Part shown: positions 48,554-60,300 of the stretch, piece after piece | Position numbering within the stretch: position 1 is the stretch's first letter | How the letters are laid out: the number at the start of each line of letters is the position of its first letter | Source: Planctomycetota bacterium | Lineage (GTDB): Bacteria; Planctomycetota; Phycisphaerae; SM23-33; FEN-1343 | Length of the DNA: 64,000 bases | NCBI GenBank assembly: GCA_012514895.1 | Contig: JAAYZK010000249.1 | Span: forward strand, 24,217-88,216 | Reading direction: 5' to 3' | Translations under genes and position numbers: made by a program | The notes under the pieces: model-generated | The model's input: only the letters and a program-made list of their open reading frames with translations | Databases searched by the model: none | What the model was told of the DNA's origin: nothing

Positions 48554-50197
48554 ATGGGATGGAAAGCGACATTCGGTGCCCCGCGCCTCGTGGCGGCGGT
48601 GGAGTTCGACGCCAGACGGCTTCGACTGGTGGCGTTCCGGCGCGCCCGCGGCGGGCCGCGGGTCCTGGCGGTGACCTCGACGGCGCTGGGCGAGTCGGTC
48701 GATCCGACCGACGCCGCCGCGGTCGGCGGGGCGATCGCCGCCGAACTGAGGCGGCTGAAGCTCGACGGGGCCGCCCTCGTGATGAACCTGCCCCGCGGGC
48801 AGGTCATCCTCAAGCCCCTGGCCCTGCCGGCGGGAACCGCCGACGCCGAGATCCCCGGGATGGTCCAGTACATGGTGCCCCCGCAGTTGCCCTTCGCGGC
48901 CGACGAGGCGGTGATCGACCACGCGCGGACCGTCCACATGGCCGGCGACGGCCAGGTGCCCGACCCGGACGCCGTCAACGTGATGGCGGTCGCGGCCCGC
49001 GCGTCGGTGGTGGAGTTCCACCGCCAGGTCGCCGCCGCCGCCGGCGCGCCGCTGCTGCGGCTGGGGCTGCGTCCCGAGGCGATGGGCCGCTGCGTCCGCC
49101 GCTGCGTCGCCGCCGCCCCCGATGAGGCGATCGCGGTGGTGGACGTGACGGCCGGCGAGGTCGAGATCGACGTGTTCGTCGACGGGCGGATCGCCTTCAG
49201 CCGCTCGGCCCCCGTGACGCTGCCGGAGGAGGGGCCCGCGCAGGGCGACGGCGCCGTCACCGGGTTCGACGTGTTCGCCGACGAGGGCGGCGGCGAGCAT
49301 CGCGGCGCCGCCATCGCGGCGATCGTCCGCGAAGCGACGCTCAGCGTGCAGAGCTACCAGACCGCCCACGGCGGCGCCGCGACGCTCGGCGGGGTGCTCG
49401 TGGCCGGCGACAGCGGCTTGGAAGACGACCTGACGGCGGCCCTGGCCGAGGCGCTGACGCCCTGCGAACGGTTCGTCCCGGCGGGGGGGCTGGGGCTGGC
49501 GACGCGGTCGGACGCTTCGGCCCACGCGGCCCTGCTGGGGGCCGCGATGATCGACGCCGCCGACCGCGAGGCGTTCGACCTGCTGGACCCCAAGCGCCCC
49601 GTCGTCCAGCGCGACGGGCGGCGCGACAGGGTCGCCGCCGCGGCCATCGTCGCCATCCTGGTTCTGGCCGGCGCCGGCCTGGGGGGATGGTTCCACCTCG
49701 AAGGTCTCAGGAACCGCGACCAGGCCCTCGCGCGGAAGGTCGCCCAGGCCAGGAAGGCCGAGGACGGCATCAGGAAACTCATCGCCGGCGTGCAGGCGAT
49801 CAGCGACTGGCAAAGGACCTCGGCGGACTGGCTGGGCCACCTGGCCTACCTGTCGGCCGCCCTGCCCGACGCCAGGGCGGTCTACCTGGGCGACCTGGCC
49901 ACCGGCGACGAAGGGCAGGTCACCTTCACCGTCCGCGCCACCGGCCGCGAGGTGATCGAGGACCTGCGCACCCGCCTGATCGCCACCGCGGGCTACCAGG
50001 TCAGCCCCGCCCGCGTGGCGCCGACCCGGCGCGACCCGCTGCAGTTGGGCTTCGAGTACGAGTCCACCGTTGAACTCCGCGTGAAGCCCGAGGCCCCGCC
50101 CGCACCGCCGGGCGCATCGCCCGGACGGCCCGACAACGACGGATCGGCCACGCTGCTGCCCCAGCGGCTCAACGCCGGCCGCGGGAGGGTCCGCTGA
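48554..50197 (+). CDS. PilM/GspL-like actin-fold protein fused to a TM helix and PilN-like periplasmic domain
   Basis: N-terminus VAAVEFDARRLRLVAF..., MVQYMVPPQLPFAADEAVIDH (PilM-like). TM helix VAAAAIVAILVLAGAGLGGWF near residue 385, then about 140 aa periplasmic. Confidence 0.55.
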   Translation: MGWKATFGAPRLVAAVEFDARRLRLVAFRRARGGPRVLAVTSTALGESVDPTDAAAVGGAIAAELRRLKLDGAALVMNLPRGQVILKPLALPAGTADAEIPGMVQYMVPPQLPFAADEAVIDHARTVHMAGDGQVPDPDAVNVMAVAARASVVEFHRQVAAAAGAPLLRLGLRPEAMGRCVRRCVAAAPDEAIAVVDVTAGEVEIDVFVDGRIAFSRSAPVTLPEEGPAQGDGAVTGFDVFADEGGGEHRGAAIAAIVREATLSVQSYQTAHGGAATLGGVLVAGDSGLEDDLTAALAEALTPCERFVPAGGLGLATRSDASAHAALLGAAMIDAADREAFDLLDPKRPVVQRDGRRDRVAAAAIVAILVLAGAGLGGWFHLEGLRNRDQALARKVAQARKAEDGIRKLIAGVQAISDWQRTSADWLGHLAYLSAALPDARAVYLGDLATGDEGQVTFTVRATGREVIEDLRTRLIATAGYQVSPARVAPTRRDPLQLGFEYESTVELRVKPEAPPAPPGASPGRPDNDGSATLLPQRLNAGRGRVR

Positions 50198-51297
50198 TGA
50201 ACCGACGCGAGAAACTGCTCATGATCGCCATCGGCAGCGCCATCGGCCTGGCCGTCGTGTACGGCCTGGTGAACAGCCTGCTGCTCAAGCCCCGGGCCGC
50301 GCTGCACCGGAGCATCGCCGAACGCGGCAAGGAACTGACCGAACTCCAGGGCAAGGCCGGCCGCGAGATCCGCTTCCGGGAGCAGCACGAGGACTTCCTC
50401 AAGCGGACGTACCTGGGCGGTTACGACCCGGACGGCAAGGCCACCCAGGAAGCCGCCCAACGCCGCCTCAAGGCCCTGGCCCTGGCGGCGGGCCTCGAGG
50501 AGAAGACCCTCGACATCCGCCCGCAGTCGATCGGCCGCGAGGGCATCAAGCACGGCTTCCTCCACGTGGGGCTGACCGCGACGGTGAACGGCAGCCTCCA
50601 GGCGGTCACGGATTTCCTCTACCTGCTGCGGGCCGAGCCGGTGCCGCATCGCATCGAAAGCCTGCGGCTGCGTCCGGACCTGGCGGCGGGGCAGGTGGAG
50701 GTGTGGCTGCGGTACACGACGCTGGCGATGCTTCCGCCCTCCGGCGATCCGCCGTCGGCGGCGACGCGCCCGACCACGCAGCCGCGACCCGTCCCGCCGC
50801 TGGACGATCCGGCCCGCCGGGCCTTCGACGCGATCGCCTCGCGGGACCTGTTCCGCCCGTTCGTGGCCAGGCCCGCACCGACGCCGCCCCCGACGCCGGT
50901 GGGCAGGAACGACCCGCCCAGGCACCAGCCGCCGCCCTCGACGGACCAGTACTACCGGATCGTGGGCCTCTCGACGTGGTCGGGCGACGCGGCCGACGCG
51001 GTGATCGTGGTCACCGACAGCCGCACCCGTCACACCGCCGAGCATCTCGTCGGCGACAAGCTGGGCGACGGGACGATCGCCTGCGTGGACTATCGCCCCC
51101 TGCCGACGCCGGGGGACCCGGAGATCCTCAGTCCCAGCCGCGCGATCCTGAAGATCGGCGAGCGCTACTACGCGGTCGAACTGGGGCAAACCCTTGCCGA
51201 GAAACGCGTTCTGACGGAAAGCGACCTTCCCGACACCCTGCGGGACGGGGTGGGTGCGGCCGATTCGGCCGAAACTTCCCCCGCCCAGGCGGGTTAG
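50197..51297 (+). CDS. PilO/GspM-like bitopic protein with C-terminal PilP/GspC-HR-like domain
   Basis: N-terminal TM helix LLMIAIGSAIGLAVVYGLV plus a coiled region. Pro-rich linker. SRDLFRPF motif, then YRIVGLSTW...AVIVVTD...LVGDKLGDGTIACVDYR...ILKIGERYYAVELGQTL. TGATG overlap with the preceding gene. Confidence 0.5.
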   Translation: MNRREKLLMIAIGSAIGLAVVYGLVNSLLLKPRAALHRSIAERGKELTELQGKAGREIRFREQHEDFLKRTYLGGYDPDGKATQEAAQRRLKALALAAGLEEKTLDIRPQSIGREGIKHGFLHVGLTATVNGSLQAVTDFLYLLRAEPVPHRIESLRLRPDLAAGQVEVWLRYTTLAMLPPSGDPPSAATRPTTQPRPVPPLDDPARRAFDAIASRDLFRPFVARPAPTPPPTPVGRNDPPRHQPPPSTDQYYRIVGLSTWSGDAADAVIVVTDSRTRHTAEHLVGDKLGDGTIACVDYRPLPTPGDPEILSPSRAILKIGERYYAVELGQTLAEKRVLTESDLPDTLRDGVGAADSAETSPAQAG

Positions 51298-51380
51298 ACC
51301 GTATAAGCGCCCGGTGCGCCGGTGGTCTGTCCTGACCGGCCGCCGGTGATGGACGTTGCCGCACTGTGAGGAGAAGTTGC

Positions 51381-54300
51381 ATGTGGTTGAAGCGCACGAT
51401 CGTGAGCGTCCTGGTGGTCCTCATGCTGGCGGCCGCCTGGCAGGTCGTCACGGCGGTGGACGTCCAGGCGCAGGAAGCGCCCGCCGAGGCGTTGCCGGAC
51501 TGGGAGGCCGAGGCGCGGCAGTTGGAGGAGATCCGTCGTGCGCGTGCCAACCAGCGTGAGGAGGTCCAGGACGAAGGTCCGACCGAGCCGCCCGTGGAGG
51601 AGCCGGCCGGCGAGGAGCCCGGCGAGCCTGAGCAGCCCCAGGCGCCTCAGCCGCCGCAGGGCCGTCCGGCGGTGGTCCGGCCGGCGCTGACGCGGCCGTC
51701 TTCGCGGCCGTCCTCGCCGGCGCGTGCGGCGACGCCCGCCCCGCGGCCGATGCCCGCGTCGACCCCGCCGCCCGTCGAGGCCGCCGGGCCCGGCGGCGAC
51801 GACCGGCCCGTGATCTACCTGCAGTACCAGGACGTCCCGATCACCTCGGTCGTCCGCCGGTTCAGCCAGGCGGCCGGCAAGCCGCTCATCGGCGACTACA
51901 ACGTCGACGGGACGATCACGTTCTTCGACAGCCAGCCCTACACCCTCAAGGAGGCGATGGACGTCATCAACATCCTCCTGGGGATGCGCAACTACTACCT
52001 GGTCGAGGATGGGCGGTTCCTGCGGCTGGTCACCCTGGACGACAGCGTCGGCGCGCCCTGGCCCATCCAGGCGGGGCTGGACAGCACCGAGGGTCTTCGC
52101 GACGAGCAACTGGTGACGGTGCTGCTGCCGCTGAGGTACCTGGACGCCAAGGAAGCGGGCGACCTGGTCGTGCGGATGGTCAGCTCGTTCGGCTCGATCG
52201 CGCCGCTGGCCAAGAGCAAGGGGCTGCTGATCACCGACCGGCTGTCGAACATCCGCCGCGTCGCCGGGTTCCTCAAGCTGGTGGACACCGTCGAGACGAC
52301 CGAAGACGCGCAGATGGAGATCGTCGAGCTCACCACCGCCAAGGCCGGCGACGTCGCGGCGGTGATCGACAACCTCTGGGGTCCGGCCGCGGCGCCGCGG
52401 CGGACGGTGTACGACGAGCGGACCCGCCGCAACGTCGCCCAGCCCCCCGATCCCCGCGACATCATCCGCACCAGCCATGACGACCGGACGAACATCCTGG
52501 TCATCTCGGGCGACCCGGCCAAGCTGAAGCTGGCCAGGCAGATGATCGAACGGCTGGACACGCCCAACGGGGCCGCCGGGGGCGAGTTCCGCATCTACGA
52601 GCTGAAGCACGCCAACGCCGAGGAACTGGCCGCCACCATCAACCAGACGCTGGGGTCGCCGGTCGACCCCCGCCGCCGCCTGCCCGGCCTGCCCGGCGCC
52701 GGGGACGGACCGCGCGTCACCGCCGACGCCGCGACCAACCGGCTGATCGTCTCGGCGGCGGTCGACAAGATGGCGGAGATCCAGCGGCTGATCGAATCGC
52801 TGGACGAGGCCCGCGCCGAGGGCACGGGGTGGCGGGTGGTCAAACTCGCCCACGCCGACGCCCCGCAGATGGCCGCGATCGTCACGGAGGCCACGCGGAA
52901 GCGCGACGCCCGCGGGCGGGTGATCTCCACCGTCAGCGTGTCGGCCGATCCGGCCACCAACACGCTGATCATCGCCGGCTCGGCCGGCGATCTCGACGCC
53001 GCCGCGGTGCTCATCGGGCAACTGGACGTGAGCGGCGCCTCCGAGACGCTGGAGGTCCGGGTCGTCCGCATCGACAACGGCGACGTGCGGACGCTGGCGC
53101 GGAGCCTCTCGATGGTCCTGGCCGACAGCTCGCCCGGCGCCGCCGGGCCCGGCCGTCGCCTTCCCCCGCAGTTGACCGGCGGGCGGATCCGCATCGAGGC
53201 CGACCCGGTCAGTTCCACGCTGATCATCGCCGCGCCGGCCGGGGAGTGGCCCCGGATCGAGCAGGTGCTGGCGGGCCTGGAATCGGCGACCGCCTCGACG
53301 GAGATGTCGACGCAGTTGATTCCGCTGAAGCACGCGGCGGCCGACGAGATGGCCGCGACGCTCCGCCAGGTCTTCGGCCCGGCGATGCGGCGGGGCGGCG
53401 TGCCGGCGATGGCCTCGCCGGTGCAGATCGCCCCCAGCCGCCAGGCCAACGCGCTGCTGGTGTCCGGCTCGCCGGACGAGATCGCCCGGGTGGCCGAGCT
53501 GGTCGCCCAACTGGACGTGGCTGAAGCGGGGGCGGCCGATCCGGTCGCGATGATCCAGTTGACCGCCGCCGACGCCAACGAGGTGGCCGTCGCGCTGAAG
53601 TCGATGCTGCCCCCGCCGGCGCGCGGGCAGCAGCAGAGCGTCTTCATCGCCGCCGATCCCAAGTCGAACATGGTGATGCTGCGGGCCCCGGCCGCCGAGC
53701 GCGAGCAGCTCGAGGCGATGATCGCCCGGCTGGACCAGGCGACCAGCGGCACGGCCCGGGAGACGCGGATCCACCCGCTGAAGCACGTTTCAGCGTCGGA
53801 CCTGGCGCCGATGCTGACGGATCTGTACGCTTCTTCGCCGGCCGACCCGCGCTCCGGCGGGCGGATGCGCATGCCCTCCCTGGCCGGCGGGGACAACCGC
53901 GTCGTGATCACGCCGGCCCCGGGCGACCGGGCGCTGGTGATCGACGCGCCGGCCGGCCGGATCGAGCCGATCCTGCAGCTCGTCGCGTCGCTGGACGTCG
54001 AGTCGGGCGGGGCGGCGGCGCTGCTGCCCCGCAGCTACAGCCTCCAGGTCGCCGACGCGGCGGAGCTGGCCCGGTCGCTGGCGCGGCTGTTCGCCGAGCA
54101 GCAGCAGCGCCTCCCGCGCAGCCCGATGGCGCCGGTCGCCGGCGGGGGCGAACCCCAGCCCCGGTTCGAGGCCGAACGCCGCACCAACACGCTGCTGGTG
54201 GCGGCGACGGCCGAGCAGTACCCCGTGATCGAGCAGCTCATCGCCTCGCTGGACGCCGGCGCCGAGCCGATCGAGGTGACCAAGGTCTTCCCGCTGCAGC

Positions 54301-57300
54301 ACGCCGACGCCGAGGAACTGTCCGAGCTGCTCCGAACGATGCTCGACGCCGCCCCGGCGGCGATGGGCCCCGGCGGCCGCGGCGGACCGCAGTTGCGGCT
54401 GCCCGGCGACAGCTCGGTCCGCGTGGCGGCGCAGGCGTCGACCAACAGCGTGATCGTGCAGGGCCCGCCCGAGAAGCTGGCCCTGGCGGCCGAGCTGGTC
54501 GCGCAGTTCGACGTCGCCGAGGCCGGCCAGCGGACGGTGATCGAGATCGTCGCGTTGCAGAACGCCCAGGCCGCCAGCCTGGCCGAGGCGGTCACCGCGT
54601 CGCTGGCGGCCCAGCAGGGCCCCTCCGCGCCCGGCCGGCGCGGGCCGGCGCCGGCCGGCGACCGCAGGCTGGTCACCGTCACCGCCGAGCCGAACTCCAA
54701 CAGCGTGCTCATCCGCGGCCCGGCGGCCGAGGTGCCGGCGGTGGTGGAGATGATCCGCCGCCTGGACGGGTCGGGCAACTCGACGACCCCGCGGCTGAAG
54801 ACCTACCAGCTCCAGCACAACGACGCCGACGACGTGGCCGACCAGCTCGGCACGCTGTTCCGCGACATGATCAAGCAGATGCCCGCGGCCGCGACCCGCC
54901 GGGGCGGGCCGGCGCCGCAGGTGCCCTTCAGCATCAGCGCCGACGGGCGGACCAACTCGCTGATCGTCTCGACGACCGACGCGTACTTCGCCATGTTCGA
55001 GGAACTGCTCGGCCAGCTCGAACAGCCGATGACCAGCGACCGCGAGGTCCACTACATCCCGCTGGTCAACGCCGACGCGTACGACCTGGCCGACTACCTC
55101 CGCACGATGTTTCCCGAGAAGGGGCCCAGCGCGCCGATCATCGAGAGCGACCTGTTCAGCAACTCGCTGACGATCATCGCCAAGGAACTCGATTTCCGCC
55201 GGATGGAGCCGATCATCCAGGAGTTCGACCGCGTCGCGACGGTGACGGTCCGGGTGATCCCGGCGGCGGCGCTGAAGGCCGAGGAGCTGGCCGAGCAGTT
55301 GCGGCGGATCTACCCGCAGGTGTCCGACAGCCAGCTGGAAGTGGTCCAGGAGCTTCCGGCGCGGAACGGCCGGGAGGCCACGGCGACGCCGGTCGTGCCC
55401 GACGCGAACATCCGCCCGGCCGGCGACACGCACGGGCAGACGGTCCCGGCGGCCCCGAACGACCCGATGCACCCGCCGGTGCTCATCGCGATCGACAAGG
55501 TCACCAACTCGCTGATCGTCTCGGGCACCGCCAAGGAACTGGACACGATCGAGGACCTGATCAGCCAGTTGTCGCTGGGGGCGCAGAACGCCGAGGAGGA
55601 GTTCGGCTGGTTCGAGATCAAGCAGGCCGACCCCGAGTCGGTCGCCGCCACGCTCAACGCGCTGTTCAACCCCGCGGCGGCGGCGCGGGCCCAGGCCCGC
55701 CCGCAGCCCCAGCAGCGGCCGGGCGGCCAGGACGACGGGGACGACGATCGCCAGGCCTCCCGCCAGCGCCAGCCCCAGGCCCCGCCGGCGCCGCTGCCCC
55801 GCATCGCCGTCGTCGCCGACGCGCGGACCCGCCACGTGATCGTGCGGGCCAAGCAGGCCGAGCTGGACGACATCGCCCTGATCATCGAGAGGCTCGACCA
55901 GGTGACCACCGTCGTGACGGAGGTGCGGACCTTCCCGCTGAAGAACACCGACGCGACGGAAGTGGCCGAGAACCTCCAGGAGCTGTTTCGCATCTCCTCC
56001 CGCCGCCCCGCCGCCCCCGTGCGGCCGGGCCAGCCCACGCTGGCCCGCGCCGAGGCGGTCCGCCAGATGCTCGAGATGGAAGGCCCCGACGGCCCGATCC
56101 AGGTCGACGCCACCAGCATGGTCGCCATCGCGGCCAACCGGACGACCAACAGCATCGTCGTGTCCGCCCCGGCCGACGCGATGAAGGTGATCGCCGGGAT
56201 CGTCCAGGAGCTCGACCAGTCCGCCGGGGAGACGACGCGCCCCGTGGTGCGCCTGTACCCGGTGGGCGGGGGGGACCTGGACAGCCTCGCCCAGACGATC
56301 CAGACGATCTTCGCCGACGCCGCCGGCCGCACGCCCCGCGGCCCCGGCGGCCGCGCGGCCGCGGCGCCTCAGCAGGCGCCGGTCATCGTGACCGCCGACC
56401 AGGCCGGGCAGGTGCTCATCGTCTCGGCCTCGGCCGACCAGCATGAACTGATCGCCAAGGTCCTCGCCGACGTCCAGGCCGCCCAGGCGACCGCCGGGGC
56501 GGCCCTCGTGCGGGTCTACAAGATCCGCTACGCCGACGCCACCCAGATCGCCAATGCCGTCCAGGGAACCTTCGACCCCTCGTCGCCCGCCCGCCCCGGC
56601 CGCCGGGGTCCGGGCGCCCCCGCCGCCGGCGCGGCGCTGCGGGTGACGGCCGACACCAGCAGCAACTCGGTCGTCATCAGCGCCGTCGCCGAGGAGCACG
56701 AGCGGATCGCCGCGATCATCGCCGAGATGGACACCCCTCCCGGCGGCGAATCGCTGGTACGGGCCATCCCGCTGGCCAGCGCCGACGCCCAGGCGACCGC
56801 CCAGGTGCTCACCCGCGTGTTCGCACCCCAGCAGGGCGGCCGCCGCTCGGCCGCCGCTTCGGTGGTCATCGAGGGCAACCGCGACTCGCGGACGCTGCTG
56901 GTCCGCGCCGATGACGAGACCTTCCAGCGGATCCGCGCGATGGCCGAGCAGTTGGACACCACGACCGCCTCGGAGACGGTCGGCGTGTTCATTCTGCCGC
57001 TGACCCGCGCCAAGGCGGCGCAGATGGCCCAGCGCATCACGGACCTGCACGGCCAGCAGGTCGCCGCGGCCCGGCGGGGCAACACGACGGTCGAGCCGAT
57101 CGCGGTGACCGCCGACGAGCGGGCCAACGCCCTGGTCCTGGCCTGCACCGCCGAACAGTTCGAGCAGGTCAGCCAGTGGGTCAACCAGATCGAGGAGATG
57201 AATCCCCGCCGGGGCGAGCCGCGGATCCTCAAGCTGCAGTATGCCGACCCGGAAGAGGTGGAGCAGGCGATCCGCCAGCTCTTCGGCGGGTCAGCCCCGC

Positions 57301-60300
57301 CCCGCGGCGGCGCCGCCGGCGGCGACCTGCCGTTCGAGATGACCGTCCTGCCCAACCAGCGACAACTGCTCATCGAGGCGTCCGACGAGGACTGGGAGAT
57401 GATCCGCCAGTTGGTCGAGACGCTCGACACGGCCGCCGCGGCGGCCAAGCCGGAGATGCGGCTGTTCGTGCTCAAGCACGCCAACCCCTCCCGCATCGCC
57501 CAGTCGCTCAACCAGATGTTCCAGCGGCTCGCCCGCACCGGCCGCCCCGAGGACGCGGTGACGGTCACCGCCCTGGAGCAGACCAACTCGATCGTCGTCG
57601 CCGGCTCGACCGGGCGGATCGAGGACGCCGCCCGCCTGATCGAACAGCTCGACACCGAGACGGTCAGCCCGGAGGTGCAGTTCAGGATCTACCCTTTGGA
57701 GCACGCCCAGCCCTCCAAGGTGATCGGCCTGCTGGACACGATGCTCCGGGAGTACCGCCGGGCCAACCCCGACCAGCCGGTGGGGCTGGTGGCCGATGAG
57801 CCCACCCGGTCGATTGTCGTGACCGGGCGGCCCAAGGCGTTCGAGGAGATCGAGAAGATCCTCGCGGCCCTGGACGTCGAACCGGCCACGCCGGCGACCG
57901 AGGTGCGGATCCTCCCGCTGATGAAGGCCGAGGCCGGCCCGCTGGCCGAGGTGCTCAACGAGATGCTCCGCCCCAGCCGCGAAGGCCAGGTCACCCCCGA
58001 AGCCCGGGCCCTCCAGGAGCAGGTCCGGCGGCTGAAGGTCGTGGGGCCGGACGGCAAGGCGGTGCCCGAGCTGGACCTGACCCGCCCGATCAAGATCAGC
58101 GCCGACCCCGCCGGCGGCGGGGGGCGCGGCTCCAACGCGCTGATCCTCTCGTCGACGCCGGAGAACGTCGCGGCCCTGGCGGCGGTCGTGGCGATCATGG
58201 ACACGGTGCCCATCAGCGAGACGGTCGTGGTGAAGATCGAGCATCTCCGGCACGCCGACGCCGCCAGCGTCCTGGAGGTGCTGCGGGAGATCTTCACCGA
58301 GGGCGCCAAGCAGCTTGCCGGCACGCCCGGCGGGCCGGTGGCCGGACGCGCCCAGCCGGCGACCCAGCCGGGGCGCGGGCTGGTCAAGCCCCTGAACGTC
58401 TCGGCCGACCCCCGCACCAACACGCTGATCCTCAGCGGCGCGCCCGACACGCTCGAACTGGCCTCCCGCGTCATCGCCGACCTGGACCAGGAAGCCTCCG
58501 GCGTGGCCACGGAGGTCCGCCTGTTCCCGCTGCAGTACGCCGACGCCGTCCGCCTGGCCGACGTGCTGGAAGCGGTCTTCGCCGAGGAGGAAGGGCGCGG
58601 CGGGGACGCGGCGGCCGAGGGCGTGCGGACGCACGCGACCCGACTGGTCCGCACGATGCCCGGCGGGGAACAGTTGGCGACGCAGTTTCCCCGCACCCGC
58701 GCGGCGCTGACGATCGAGGCCGACGAGGCCACCAACACGCTGATCGTCGCCGCCCGGCGGGACATGATGCCCCTCATCGCCGACGTGATCGCCTCGATGG
58801 ACATCCCCGGGGCCGGGGCGATGAACGGGGTGCGGATCGTCCCGCTGACCCACGCCAACGCCGGCACGATGGCCGAGATGCTGCAGGACCTGTTCGACCG
58901 GCGCTACGAGGCGGCCAGGACCGAGGACCTCCAGCGGCAGAAGCCCATCATCCTGCCGGAGGTGCGGACCAACTGCCTGCTGGTGGTCGCCAACGCCAGC
59001 GACAGCCAGGTGCTGGCAGACCTGCTGGCGAAACTCGACGTCAAGCCCGTCAACCCCTCGGTGCACCTGGCGGTGCTGGCCCTGGCGCACAACGACGCCG
59101 GCGTCGTCGCACCCGTGATCGAGGACATCTTCGAAGCCCGCCGCGACGCCATGACCCCCCAGGGCACCCAGCCGGCCCCGCAGGACCAGGTGAGCGTCGA
59201 GATCGACGCGCTGAACAACGCCCTGATCGTCGCGGCCAGCGCCGAGAACCTCGAGCTGATCCGCGAGCTGCTGGCCAAGGTCGACATCGAGCCGACGGCC
59301 GTCGAGGGCATCGTGAGGCTCTACCCGCTGATCAACGCCGACGCCCAGCGGATCGCCGAACTGCTCGAGTCGCTCGTCAGCGACGGGCTGTACAAGCCCG
59401 GTATCGCCGTTGCCGGCGACAGCGACCTGATCGAGGCCCGCGAGAAGGTCTCTATCGTCGCCGACCTGCGGACCAACGTGCTGGTCGTCTCGGCGTCGCG
59501 GGAGAACTTCGCGGTGATCGAGAAGATCATCGCCCAGCTCGACGCCGCCGACGGGTACGGGCTGCTGGGCGGCGTGCGCCTCTACACGCTGAAGACCGCC
59601 GACGCCGAGACGCTGGCCCAGACGCTCAAGGACTTCTTCGACTCCAAGCGCAGCAGCGAAGAGGCCACCGGCGGCGTCGCCCGTTCGCTGGAGGTGACCA
59701 TCGTCCCCGATGCGCGGACCAACACGCTGCTGGTCGCCGGCGGGCGGGAGTGCTTCGCCGAGATCGAGGCGATGATCGCCCGGCTCGACGCTGACGGGAC
59801 GCCCCGCGGGACGGCGCCGACGGTCTTCCCGCTGCGCAAGGCCCGGGCGGCCCAGGTCGTCGACTCCATCACGCAGCTGTACGAGAGCCAGGGCGGGCTG
59901 GAGAAGATCGGGCTGTCGATCAGCGCCGACGAGCGGACCAACGCCGTCATCCTCAGCGGCGGGGCCGCCGACATCGAGCGGATCGGGCAGATCATCGAGA
60001 AGCTCGACGCCGGCAACGTGACCCACGTGATGGAGATCCGCGTGATCCCGCTGCGGCAGGCCGACGCGACGGAACTGGCCGATCTGCTGGACACGACACT
60101 GACGACGGCGCCCCGGTCGCCCAACGGCGATGACGCGGCCCTCCAGGCGATGATGCAGTTCATCCGCCATCTGCCCGGCGGCGAGCAGGTCGTCAGCCGC
60201 GCCCTGCAGGAGGGCGTCGTGATCGCCCCCGACGCGCGGGCCAACGCCCTGGTCGTCGTGGCGGCGGCCGACGCGATGAACCTTCTGACCCATCTCATCG